Source of the DNA: a virus | Direction: 5' to 3' (one strand) | IMG/VR virus record: IMGVR_UViG_3300025815_000010 | Span: 1-64,000 of that record | Length of the DNA stretch: 64,000 nt | In this document: in pieces, positions 16,596-24,890 of the stretch | Layout of the letters: the number at the start of each line of letters is the position of its first letter | Numbering within the stretch: position 1 is the first letter of the stretch | Position numbers and translations under genes: made by a program | The notes under the pieces: model-generated | Seen by the model: the letters and a program-made list of their open reading frames with translations, nothing else | Databases searched by the model: none | Told to the model about the DNA's origin: nothing

Positions 16596-17930
16596 TTATC
16601 TATCTTTAATTCCTGCCAAGAGTTTCATTCTATCTGAGAACAGATTTGAATTGGACTCTTGAATCTTTCTTCTCGGCAACATAGATGAAGGTCTTGATAC
16701 AGCCTCACTCAGTGATTGCGGACCACTCTTACGAGAAGTTCCCACTGCGTTTTGAAGTGTTTCATACAACACCTTCGCCTCATTTACCGAACCTGCATTA
16801 GAGAGAGCTTCGACAATCGTTTCCTTTTGTCGCTCATTCAGGGAGGACTTTCTCAACACGCGGTTCGTATAAAGTAGTTTAGCGTTAGCAAGGTTAACCT
16901 CATCCAGCCTCTCCTTCAGAGCTTCTACAGCTTCCTTCAACTTAGCGTTGACGGACTGATGCTTCTGGAGGGCTTCCTGTAGGGTCTTGCCAACCTTTAA
17001 AAGTTCATCTCTTTCTTCTTTGTACTCGTCGGACTGTGCCATAGCGGCTGCAAGCTCTTCATTGTGCTGCATGACAGACTCTGGTGTGCCTGCCCAACCG
17101 CTCTTTGTTGGCATTAAGTCAACAACAAGACTTTCAACAATTTCTTCGATATTCTCTTCGGAAAGCTCAAGACTTTCTTCGTTCAAGTTTTTCAATGCAG
17201 CCAATTCAGTGCTACCACGATCTTCATATTGGCTCTTTTGTTCATCACTTAGGTTTTTTGGAGGGACCATAAAGATTTGATCTTTATGAACCACACTGAG
17301 GTCGATTTCTGGTCCACCCTTTGCGGTCTGATAACCAACAAAAAGCTCAGAGGAAATACCAAGTTTTTCTGCAATGTCCTCTAGCGTATCGCCTTCCACA
17401 GCAGTGTACGTTTGCCCCTCTTCTCCTTCAAACATATCAATAGTTTCTTCGTCTAGCTCTATTTGGCCTTCATCCATGGACGGAACTACCTCAAGATCCT
17501 CCACGCCCATCTCCTCTTCAAGAGCATCAATGTCACGAGTAATGGACTCAAGCATGGCCTGTAGCTCCCCACGAGTAACGTCAATCTCTACTTCGTCTTC
17601 TAGATCAGAATCATCGTCTAGATCAGTGAGCGATGCATAACCAACATCTCCAAGCTCCTCTTCCTCGCCTGGTGCGAATGTGGCACCAGTCTCTGCATCA
17701 ACAGGGTCAGGAGCCATACCTAGTCCACCCGGAGGAGCACCAATATCAGCAGGAGGCGCACCGATATCCATCGGAAGAGCAGCGGCTGCTAGGTCTTGCT
17801 CCAGAAGCTTCTCTACAGCTTCTTCAATCTTTGGAGCATATGCCTCAAGCAAAGATGCCTCTGCATTTTTAAGAACAGCCTCTCTAAGAGCCTTCGCATC
17901 AACAATTGCATCGTCAAGTAAAGATGACAT
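16596..17930 (-). CDS. prohead core / scaffolding protein (gp22 position) with a LysM-like insertion
   Basis: Start moved to ATG 17930 (GAGGA SD). Very acidic, with a coiled coil, LDEVNLANAKLLYTN and terminal RMKLLAGI; directly upstream of the major capsid gene. Confidence 0.75.
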   Translation of the reverse strand: MSSLLDDAIVDAKALREAVLKNAEASLLEAYAPKIEEAVEKLLEQDLAAAALPMDIGAPPADIGAPPGGLGMAPDPVDAETGATFAPGEEEELGDVGYASLTDLDDDSDLEDEVEIDVTRGELQAMLESITRDIDALEEEMGVEDLEVVPSMDEGQIELDEETIDMFEGEEGQTYTAVEGDTLEDIAEKLGISSELFVGYQTAKGGPEIDLSVVHKDQIFMVPPKNLSDEQKSQYEDRGSTELAALKNLNEESLELSEENIEEIVESLVVDLMPTKSGWAGTPESVMQHNEELAAAMAQSDEYKEERDELLKVGKTLQEALQKHQSVNAKLKEAVEALKERLDEVNLANAKLLYTNRVLRKSSLNERQKETIVEALSNAGSVNEAKVLYETLQNAVGTSRKSGPQSLSEAVSRPSSMLPRRKIQESNSNLFSDRMKLLAGIKDR

Positions 17931-17960
17931 TAATAAATCCTCACAATAGTTATTCATGAA

Positions 17961-17968
17961 TAAATAGT
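17961..17968 (-). promoter_or_regulatory. candidate late promoter motif ACTATTTA
   Basis: 30 nt upstream of scaffold ATG 17930. Confidence 0.6.
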
Positions 17969-17997
17969 ATTACAATAAAGTAAAATCCAATTTTACC

Positions 17998-18309
17998 TTA
18001 TCTGTTTTGTTTTGCTTGCTTCATTTTAAGCTTTCTGAGGACTGCTTCTCTGCGCATCTTGTCTCTTCTCTTCTTTACGGATGGCTTTTCGTAATACCTA
18101 CCCTTCCTGAAGTCGTCTGCGATGCCGCTTTTCTTAACCTTTCTTAGAAATCTTTTAATAGTTTTCTCGATTGGTTCATTTCCTTTCGGTTGAATCGAAA
18201 CGTGAGATGGTCTCTTTCCTTCCTTTGGGGGTTGTCTATGTGTATTATTGTATCTTCTATCTCTTCTATCGTCGTAATTTCGATAATGATTATCTCTTTT
18301 ATATGACAT
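17998..18309 (-). CDS. rpsU: phage-encoded 30S ribosomal protein bS21 with an N-terminal extension
   Basis: V.I....NEPIEKTIKRFLRKVKKSGI..DFRKGRYYEKPSVKKRR matches the bS21 signature (E.ALRRFKR...G...E.R.R..YEKPS..RK). Confidence 0.85.
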   Translation of the reverse strand: MSYKRDNHYRNYDDRRDRRYNNTHRQPPKEGKRPSHVSIQPKGNEPIEKTIKRFLRKVKKSGIADDFRKGRYYEKPSVKKRRDKMRREAVLRKLKMKQAKQNR

Positions 18310-18317
18310 TATTTCCT

Positions 18318-18776
18318 CTAACTTGATTTATCGACACCAACAGTATCCTCCCATGAACCAGAAGGGACTCTTGCTGCCTTAATTGTCGTAATACCAGCAA
18401 TGACTGAAGCTGATGTTTCTTGAGAAGAATCGCTCATTAAGTAAAGCTGCGTAACTCTGAAATCTGCGGAGAACGAACTACTAGGCTTAATCACAATGTA
18501 ATTTGCATTTGGATTATTTAAACCACCAGAGGCAAAGGCGAGCCTGATGTCTGAACTAGTATGTGAATCACCCAACTCATCATTCCTGACAACAACAAAC
18601 TTGGTCACACCCGGAAAGGTGATCTTGGTGTAAGTATCGGAAGCTGACGCTGGGACATCCAGCGAAGCTGTTGCAAATGGGCGACAACTAACCTGATAAC
18701 TTCCCACATGGTTAAACCCTGGTTCATGATATCCGAAAATTGGTTGCCCCGTTTTGGGGTCTGTGTTACTAGCCAT
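18318..18776 (-). CDS. hypothetical (probable virion) protein
   Basis: 152 aa, beta-rich (GFNHVGSYQVS.RPF...ITFPGVTKFVVVRN); GGAG SD and upstream ACTATTTA motif. Confidence 0.6.
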   Translation of the reverse strand: MASNTDPKTGQPIFGYHEPGFNHVGSYQVSCRPFATASLDVPASASDTYTKITFPGVTKFVVVRNDELGDSHTSSDIRLAFASGGLNNPNANYIVIKPSSSFSADFRVTQLYLMSDSSQETSASVIAGITTIKAARVPSGSWEDTVGVDKSS

Positions 18777-18799
18777 TAAACATCTCCGTCTTACTTAAC

Positions 18800-18807
18800 T
18801 AAATAGT
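18800..18807 (-). promoter_or_regulatory. candidate late promoter motif ACTATTTA
   Basis: 23 nt upstream of ATG 18776; would also drive bS21. Confidence 0.6.
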
Positions 18808-18816
18808 GTTAAAATA

Positions 18817-19554
18817 TTAAATATCACTAAAACCGTTTCCTGTGCTTGATCCGCCGCCAGAGGAGGCTATTACATCTTTTACTGCAAATCCTCCTTTACC
18901 TCGCGCACCCTTAGAGCGTCTTCTGCGTCTTTTATTTCTTTTCTCTTTAGGAGTTTCCGACTCGCTGGCTGAACCTGCGACATAAGAAACTTTTGGCCTA
19001 TCAGCTACCGTACCGTAGGCAGCAGAACGAAATCTTGGACCACTCTTCGTTGCAGCAGCTGTATCGTCGTTACTATAATCTTGTTCTGCTATAATGACGA
19101 TTCTAAATTCATCCAAGTCTGCCATCGCTTGTCTGGCAGTTGCATTAAGAGTAATCTCATTTACAGACCCGTTGCTCCATGAAGAAGCCTGCTGAATTGC
19201 CGAGAAAGCAACAAAAGGGAATTCTCCCTTTCCGAAATCTCCATTAACATATTCGGCTGTGGTGCTGCCTGTCGTAGTAGAAGAGCCCTTAAGAACAATA
19301 TAATTATTTTGTTTTGCTCCTGTGCTTGGCGCTGTCAATTTTAATGTCGCCGAAGCAGGAGCTACGGTAATAGAGCTAGTATCAAACACCATAAAAATTC
19401 TATGAATATCATAGGGTCCAACTGATGTCGCTATCTTTAGGCCGAGAGTAGTTGGTTCTGACGCAGTACCGGAACTAGACTGCCTAGCAGTATTCCAAGT
19501 AGCTGCATTGTCAACTTTAATAACGGCACTATTTGATGCGGTAATATCAGGCAT
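18817..19554 (-). CDS. DNRLRE/CBM96-like domain protein with an Arg-rich C-terminal tail
   Basis: Start moved to ATG 19554 (TAATG overlap). HRIFMVFDTSSI...ASATLKL and RPKVSY resemble DNRLRE-like domains; tail KEKRNKRRRRRSKGARGKGG. Confidence 0.5.
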   Translation of the reverse strand: MPDITASNSAVIKVDNAATWNTARQSSSGTASEPTTLGLKIATSVGPYDIHRIFMVFDTSSITVAPASATLKLTAPSTGAKQNNYIVLKGSSTTTGSTTAEYVNGDFGKGEFPFVAFSAIQQASSWSNGSVNEITLNATARQAMADLDEFRIVIIAEQDYSNDDTAAATKSGPRFRSAAYGTVADRPKVSYVAGSASESETPKEKRNKRRRRRSKGARGKGGFAVKDVIASSGGGSSTGNGFSDI

Positions 19555-19820
19555 TAGATAGTAGTCTCCGTAACAGACGTCAGGATTCCCCAACCTCCAT
19601 TTTCTGTTTCCTCTTCAGTTGTAAAAAAATACTTTAATAAAAAAGATCTTAAAGTGGGTACCGTCTCTGTCGTCTTAGAATTTATGTCTGCCTGAAATTG
19701 ACTTAAAAACTCAGATGCCGTTAGGGATCTTGCAATCCAGTCGTCTCCCTCTTGGTGTGGGTAGTCCCAAGCCTGAACAAAGCCATTTTGCCATGTAATG
19801 ACAACAGAGAAAGTCCTCAT
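19554..19820 (-). CDS. hypothetical protein
   Basis: Start moved to ATG 19820; TAATG overlaps at both ends indicate translational coupling. Confidence 0.6.
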   Translation of the reverse strand: MRTFSVVITWQNGFVQAWDYPHQEGDDWIARSLTASEFLSQFQADINSKTTETVPTLRSFLLKYFFTTEEETENGGWGILTSVTETTI

Positions 19821-20239
19821 TAGATAAGGTTCTTCCACTTGTTGCCACCTAAGGCCATAATGCCAGAGATATCAATTCCAGAATCTCCAGGGTCTGTACC
19901 ACCCAATGGGCTAGCCATCTGTGTTGCAGAGCCCTGTGCTGGTGCTGGAGTCGTTCCCTCAAAGAGATCAACACCACCATATGCGTCTGCTCCAATGGCT
20001 TCCATTAGGCGCTTACGGTGCTCCGCCACCCTGTCAGAAACAGACGGTGCTGGAGTTTGTGCAACCTGCTTTTTTTTTGGTCTCTGCTCTGTCTTAGCTT
20101 CCAAGACTGGAGCAGGAGTACCTAAACCTTGCCTGACCTCTGCGATTACGTTAGATAAGATGCCTTCCTCAAGAATACTCTCTCGTATGCATTCTTTGAT
20201 TAAGGGTTTTAGTAATGCTTTTAGTTCAGACTTTTTCAT
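19820..20239 (-). CDS. hypothetical protein, probably head-associated
   Basis: MKKSELKALLKPLIKECIRESILEEG N-terminal helix; directly follows the prohead protease. Confidence 0.65.
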   Translation of the reverse strand: MKKSELKALLKPLIKECIRESILEEGILSNVIAEVRQGLGTPAPVLEAKTEQRPKKKQVAQTPAPSVSDRVAEHRKRLMEAIGADAYGGVDLFEGTTPAPAQGSATQMASPLGGTDPGDSGIDISGIMALGGNKWKNLI

Positions 20240-20240
20240 T

Positions 20241-20870
20241 TTATTTCCTTAAAATTTCGTTCATTAAGTTGTGTAAATTTTGGTTTTTGTTCTCACCCAA
20301 GCTAATACCAATTGACGGAGTTCTCTGTAGAGAGATGCCAGACATTGGCTTGATAAAAGCTCCCGGTGCTGATGGATCTGAAACAACATCAAAACAAATA
20401 AGATTAAAATCATCTTCTACAACAACGTGTTTACCACGCTGTTTTACAGACCCCAAGCCTCTAGAAGAAATACCGATGCCACAAGCAGATTCTGCGAGGG
20501 CTCTCAAGGTTCTTCCAGATGGTGTATTCAATACTTCAATTTTTCCCATAACGCTGTTGCCTTCCCACCAGACCTCTGTGACCAAGTGAGAACAATTCTT
20601 CAACTCAATCACAGAGGAGTCTGGATGGTCTAACTCGCCTAAGGCACGTCTAGTGTCTATAAGCTTCTGGTAGTTTTTCATTTCTCTTGCGAGAATCTGC
20701 TTCGGGTAAACTCGTCCATTTCCGTTAAGAGCATCAGCTTCCTGAATCTTACCGGTCATATAAAACGATACACCTTCTGACATTCTTTTTTTCTCGCTCT
20801 CCGTGAGGTAGTCAGGACAAACTCCACCATCACAAAGTGCAAAATATTCTGTTAACAATTGCTTAGACAT
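20241..20870 (-). CDS. prohead core protease (T4 gp21-like)
   Basis: NGNGRVYP, ALGELDHP, SH, GKIEVLNTPSG, GISSRGLGS, FDVVSDPS.PGAF. Confidence 0.95.
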   Translation of the reverse strand: MSKQLLTEYFALCDGGVCPDYLTESEKKRMSEGVSFYMTGKIQEADALNGNGRVYPKQILAREMKNYQKLIDTRRALGELDHPDSSVIELKNCSHLVTEVWWEGNSVMGKIEVLNTPSGRTLRALAESACGIGISSRGLGSVKQRGKHVVVEDDFNLICFDVVSDPSAPGAFIKPMSGISLQRTPSIGISLGENKNQNLHNLMNEILRK

Positions 20871-20892
20871 AATGAAAAAACCCCTTAAGAAT

Positions 20893-20907
20893 GCGGGCGC
20901 TACCCGC
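20893..20907 (-). promoter_or_regulatory. GC-rich RNA hairpin between the peptide ORF and the protease
   Basis: GCGGG-TAGCG-CCCGC, starting 5 nt after the TAG of the 24-aa ORF; a GC island in an AT-leaning genome. Confidence 0.55.
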
Positions 20908-20912
20908 GCGAG

Positions 20913-20987
20913 CTACGAACCGGAACAGCAGCGTGCGACAGGTCGTAGTAACCAACTACGACTTGATATGTTGCACAGTAGTGGCAT
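20913..20987 (-). CDS. 24-aa Cys-Cys peptide MPLLCNISSRSWLLRPVARCCSGS (not in ORF track)
   Basis: Strong SD AAGGGGGTGAG just before the ATG; fills the space before the protease; TAG followed by a hairpin. Confidence 0.55.
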   Translation of the reverse strand: MPLLCNISSRSWLLRPVARCCSGS

Positions 20988-21200
20988 ATCTCACCCCCTT
21001 ATCTTGGATTATCATGCTCAACATGTAAGAAGTCCCTGAACCTACACAACCACAAATTAAAAAATTAGCGAGTGTGTAGTCGAAAGTAAATAGTTCGGTC
21101 CATCGGTTAATCGCAAATAAAAACCACCCTGCATGAAAACTCATATATCTTTCCATATGGTGTAGTGAACTATCTTATGAACATGTCTTTCAGAAATCAT
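20956..21200 (-). pseudogene. truncated/frameshifted duplicate of the 21203-21520 membrane protein
   Basis: WTELFTFDYT..NF.ICG.V..GTSYMLSM matches the neighbour's C-terminal half. The N-terminal part is missing, and the CxxC region appears as IVHYTIW in a different frame. Confidence 0.6.
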
Positions 21201-21202
21201 CT

Positions 21203-21520
21203 TTATTGACTTTTATGTTGGCTGTTTATTTTTATTCCTTCATCGTCCAGTACCATAGATAACATATATGATGTGCCAGCACTGACCCAGCCGCAAATAA
21301 AAAAGTTTACGACGGTATAGTCAAAAGTAAATAGCTCTGTCCATGGGCTTATCAAAAACATAAACTTACCAGCCCAATAACCAAAACAAAGCGTGCAATG
21401 AAACAACTTTCCGAAACCCCAAAGCCATTCTTTAGATGGCCTTATCTTGTTAAAAATACTAGCGTACACTACAAGATAAGTTAGTCCATGACATGCAAGG
21501 ACAAACCAAAGTAGATTCAT
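21203..21520 (-). CDS. small membrane protein with a CxxCxxxW motif (DUF1360-like)
   Basis: 105 aa, about three hydrophobic segments, LFHCTLCFGYW. Confidence 0.6.
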   Translation of the reverse strand: MNLLWFVLACHGLTYLVVYASIFNKIRPSKEWLWGFGKLFHCTLCFGYWAGKFMFLISPWTELFTFDYTVVNFFICGWVSAGTSYMLSMVLDDEGIKINSQHKSQ

Positions 21521-21522
21521 TA

Positions 21523-22098
21523 TTACTCCTGATTCTCTAAAATGTAACTCATCCAGTATGGGCTTCTGTAGTAGCCTGGAACTATAGAGCCCTTCTGCTT
21601 GTCTTGTGGAACTTCGCCTAGCTCCGTAGATTCTTCTGAATCTGGCTCAAGTATTCTGTTATTTATGAGGTCGTCAAAGTCTTCCCCATACTCAAAATAA
21701 GGTCTTTCACTCTCAATCCACTTCGAAATTGTAAGAAGAATTATTTTAATTGGAGCTTCCATATTTGATTCTGGTATGGCGGCCTCAAAAGAGTCTAGCG
21801 TTGAGCCTCCCTGTACTGATTCTGGTGAGATGACGCCACGAGAAGATAGGTATTTAAACAGTCTATCGGCAGCACCGTATGCAACGTCTCCGTTTACGCC
21901 ATCCTTTTTAAAAGTAACAATCTTCTTTTGCTCTGGGCGTAAGATAATATCTATATCTGCATGATCATAGACAATAATATTTCCATCTAATGTTTTCTTA
22001 GCCTTAAGAGTAAAGGAAGCAAGAACCTCATTCTCATCTACAACTTTAACAATCACTTTCTTTTCTGACGGTGTAAACCGAATTCTTACGTCGGGCAT
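21523..22098 (-). CDS. hypothetical protein of the head module
   Basis: Start moved to ATG 22098 (GGAGG SD); KKTLDGNI...DH.DIDI; STELGEVPQ. Confidence 0.7.
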   Translation of the reverse strand: MPDVRIRFTPSEKKVIVKVVDENEVLASFTLKAKKTLDGNIIVYDHADIDIILRPEQKKIVTFKKDGVNGDVAYGAADRLFKYLSSRGVISPESVQGGSTLDSFEAAIPESNMEAPIKIILLTISKWIESERPYFEYGEDFDDLINNRILEPDSEESTELGEVPQDKQKGSIVPGYYRSPYWMSYILENQE

Positions 22099-22099
22099 C

Positions 22100-22906
22100 T
22101 TAAACCTCCACAACCAAAGCCTGTATCTTCAAGATTGTCTTGATCATTACATCACTGATAGGCTGTGATCTAAAGTTTTCCAATATAGTCAAAATCTCTC
22201 TATTTTTATTACCAAGAGATTCGTCTAGGATAACTTCTCTCTTGGCTTGCAAGTTTTTGACCTCGGTCTTTAAGCGACTAATCTCATCATTTATAAAGAG
22301 CTTAAATTCTGTGGAGGTCTCTGGAGAAAGTGTTACATATCTTGAAAGTAAATCTTTCTGACTTTCGTTTAGAGAAGAGCCGTATTTCTCGTTAAACTTC
22401 TGCACAAAGATGTTGTATGTGATATTGTCAATTGGTTTCATCTTGGGGGAACTTTGGCGTGGTGAAGTCATAAGATCAATCACCTTTTCTTCCAGTATGA
22501 CCCTCTGTGCAATTGACACCTTTGGGGAAAACATCTGTGAGATTGTAGCTAGGGTCTTGTAGTTAGAAATAAAGTTATTGAAAATAGACTTAGACAGATC
22601 AGTGTTGACCTTTTTGATGACTTGTGACTGCTCATCAAAAATCTCTTGCTCTCCAAGCGTATGATAAACTCTTTTAACTTCAGATAAGATTCTTTCTGCT
22701 GTCTCTCTCTTCGCATCGGATACTTCACATAAAGTTTTGTATAAGTTTAGTTCACGATGGAGAACAGTCGTAGTATTGAAGTGCTCTTTAAGGATAGAGG
22801 CAATTGCGTTCTTAGTAGTCGTATCGGACTGTATGGCAGCCTTTGTCATTTCCTTTACAAGACACTCATACAAAAACGCAGTGTTTCTCTTCTTATTATG
22901 CTTCAT
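22100..22906 (-). CDS. hypothetical helical protein downstream of the portal
   Basis: 268 aa, MKHNKKRNTAFLYE; overlaps the portal stop; GGAG SD. Confidence 0.75.
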   Translation of the reverse strand: MKHNKKRNTAFLYECLVKEMTKAAIQSDTTTKNAIASILKEHFNTTTVLHRELNLYKTLCEVSDAKRETAERILSEVKRVYHTLGEQEIFDEQSQVIKKVNTDLSKSIFNNFISNYKTLATISQMFSPKVSIAQRVILEEKVIDLMTSPRQSSPKMKPIDNITYNIFVQKFNEKYGSSLNESQKDLLSRYVTLSPETSTEFKLFINDEISRLKTEVKNLQAKREVILDESLGNKNREILTILENFRSQPISDVMIKTILKIQALVVEV

Positions 22907-24887
22907 CGGTCTTTGTCTCCATTGTTTTAAGATTTTCTAACAATCTCTCTGTTTCGTAACTTATAGAGAAAATTCTTTCTTCTTGAATGTTTTGTTCTCT
23001 CTCGTAATTAGTAGCTTCCGACGTTATACCTTTCTGGAGCGTGCTAATACTATCATGTCCGTAATATCCTGGGCCTATTGAACGCATGGTACCACCAGAA
23101 GCTGCCTCAGGCACTGCGGTCCTCGCTAGAGACTTAAGCCTTGGGCCTCTAGATTTCCTTCCATCCTGCTTTTTCTTACTTGGGTTAGTCCACCTAAAAT
23201 CTTCGTCTCTTTTGCCTGGGGTTGCCAAAAGTGGGGTAGCTTCTGCCGCTTCTCCACCTCCGGTATCTGCAGCTGGCTCTGCGGCTGGCTCTGGCAAGCC
23301 ACCAGCATCTTCTCCGCCTGGTTCTGCCAACGGCATATCACTTGCTCCAGGCAAGCCCTCGCCTCCCTCAAAGCCTCCTGCCATACCGGCATCCATGCCA
23401 CCCGCAAGCGCACCAGCGGCTTGCTGACCAGCAGCTTCACCAACTGCGTTAAGCTCAGCCTCATACTTACGGTCGTGGTAAATCTCTCTCTTGTTACGAA
23501 TAAATTCTTCCTCAGACATTCCAAAGAGATTTTCTGCGACCCAACGCTTAGAGAAGAAGCCATCAGTAGCGTTTGTTGCGACAGAGAACTTCTGATTCCA
23601 ATGCTCAAGCTCTTGGATTTCTGCAATCTTAGATGGATTGTTAAGGGCAAGAGTAAAGCTGATTAGGTCTTCACCACGGAACCCTAGTGTATGTAGGTGA
23701 ACAATACCAATCTTTTCTAGCTCGGATAGGAGTGGACGCTGAAGTCTTTGCACTGTTCTCGCAAAACGGATATCTTTCTGTGCGAGAGTAGTTTTGTCTT
23801 CAGAGCCCCCCTCACCTTGGGTGAGGTAAGCAGCAGGGATCTTTAGAGCAGAGAACAACTTGTCTCTCAGATATTTGACATCATCAATATCATGGTTTCT
23901 CTCTTGGCCCCCAACGCTTTCAATAGAAGCAAACTTTGTTCCACCACGAACAGGAATGTAATAGTCCTCTTCGATGCTCATTGGATTGTAGCGAAGATCA
24001 ACACGGCCAGTGTTCTGGTTGACTACTTGATTTCTCTTCATTGCAGTGATGACTCTCTGCATGTACTGCTCGACATCTTGAGGTGGAATGTTGCCGACAT
24101 CAACATAGAAAGCCTTTCTGGCTGGTGCCCTAACAATACGGTATGCCATCATGGCATCTTCCATTAGTGTAAGCTGACGCCAAATACGGCGGGCTGGCTC
24201 TAGGACTGATGTTCCGTATGGGTGGTATTTATCATTCCCTAGGATACGGAAGTGAGCCATCTGCCAGTTTTCAAATGTCATGCCTGCAGCGTTCCACTGG
24301 AACTGGATATAGTTTGGATTTGTCTTGTCTTCGCCCTCTAGCCTCTCAATCTCGTTTGGGGGGAGGCCGATTGCATGACGAACACCATATGTTTCGTCAA
24401 CATCCAAGTAAAGGAAAAAGTCTCCATACTTGCACATTGTACGAGCCCAACCAAAAAGATTAAACTTAACATTTAGAACGTCATTATAGAGACTGTCGAG
24501 AATGGCCCTAATCTCTTCGTTGGGACACTTGATCTGTAGCATTTCTGCTAGGGGAGAAGAGGTTGTCATTTCATCTGCATAAATATCAAGAGCCGATGCA
24601 ATCTCTGGCATGTATTCCATTTGGTCAGAGTCTACATATCTTTCCGTTCTATTCTGGTTCGCCATATAGTTTGAGTTCATAGACTCAAATGGATTATAAT
24701 GTGACCTTTTGAATTCCTGCCCAGAGGCAGACTTAAACATATGTCCGTACTTATCAAGCTGTTGCTTGCGTATTCTGCGGCCTGTTTGTGTTCTACGGCT
24801 GACAATAGGGCCAGAGAATAACTTTGTTAGCCTCTTGTATATATCAGATGCAGGATTTCTAGGATTTCCACTATTTTCGTCAGCCAT
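22896..24887 (-). CDS. portal protein (T4 gp20-like)
   Basis: PEIASALDIYADE, KYGDFF, YGTSVLEPARRIWRQL.LMEDAM..YRI.RAP.R..FYVDVGN, EDYYIPVRG, DDVKYL..KLF.ALKIP; long acidic Gly/Pro C-terminal extension. Confidence 0.95.
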   Translation of the reverse strand: MADENSGNPRNPASDIYKRLTKLFSGPIVSRRTQTGRRIRKQQLDKYGHMFKSASGQEFKRSHYNPFESMNSNYMANQNRTERYVDSDQMEYMPEIASALDIYADEMTTSSPLAEMLQIKCPNEEIRAILDSLYNDVLNVKFNLFGWARTMCKYGDFFLYLDVDETYGVRHAIGLPPNEIERLEGEDKTNPNYIQFQWNAAGMTFENWQMAHFRILGNDKYHPYGTSVLEPARRIWRQLTLMEDAMMAYRIVRAPARKAFYVDVGNIPPQDVEQYMQRVITAMKRNQVVNQNTGRVDLRYNPMSIEEDYYIPVRGGTKFASIESVGGQERNHDIDDVKYLRDKLFSALKIPAAYLTQGEGGSEDKTTLAQKDIRFARTVQRLQRPLLSELEKIGIVHLHTLGFRGEDLISFTLALNNPSKIAEIQELEHWNQKFSVATNATDGFFSKRWVAENLFGMSEEEFIRNKREIYHDRKYEAELNAVGEAAGQQAAGALAGGMDAGMAGGFEGGEGLPGASDMPLAEPGGEDAGGLPEPAAEPAADTGGGEAAEATPLLATPGKRDEDFRWTNPSKKKQDGRKSRGPRLKSLARTAVPEAASGGTMRSIGPGYYGHDSISTLQKGITSEATNYEREQNIQEERIFSISYETERLLENLKTMETKTDEA

Positions 24888-24890
24888 TTA

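Noticed and set aside
17728-17770. Short tandem repeat DIGAPP-A-DIGAPP in the scaffold
   Set aside because: Only two degenerate copies in a low-complexity linker; not an array.
20893-20915. SECIS/selenocysteine interpretation of the stop-plus-hairpin
   Set aside because: The stop is UAG, not UGA, the stem is only 5 bp, and no Sec or Pyl machinery is visible in the window.
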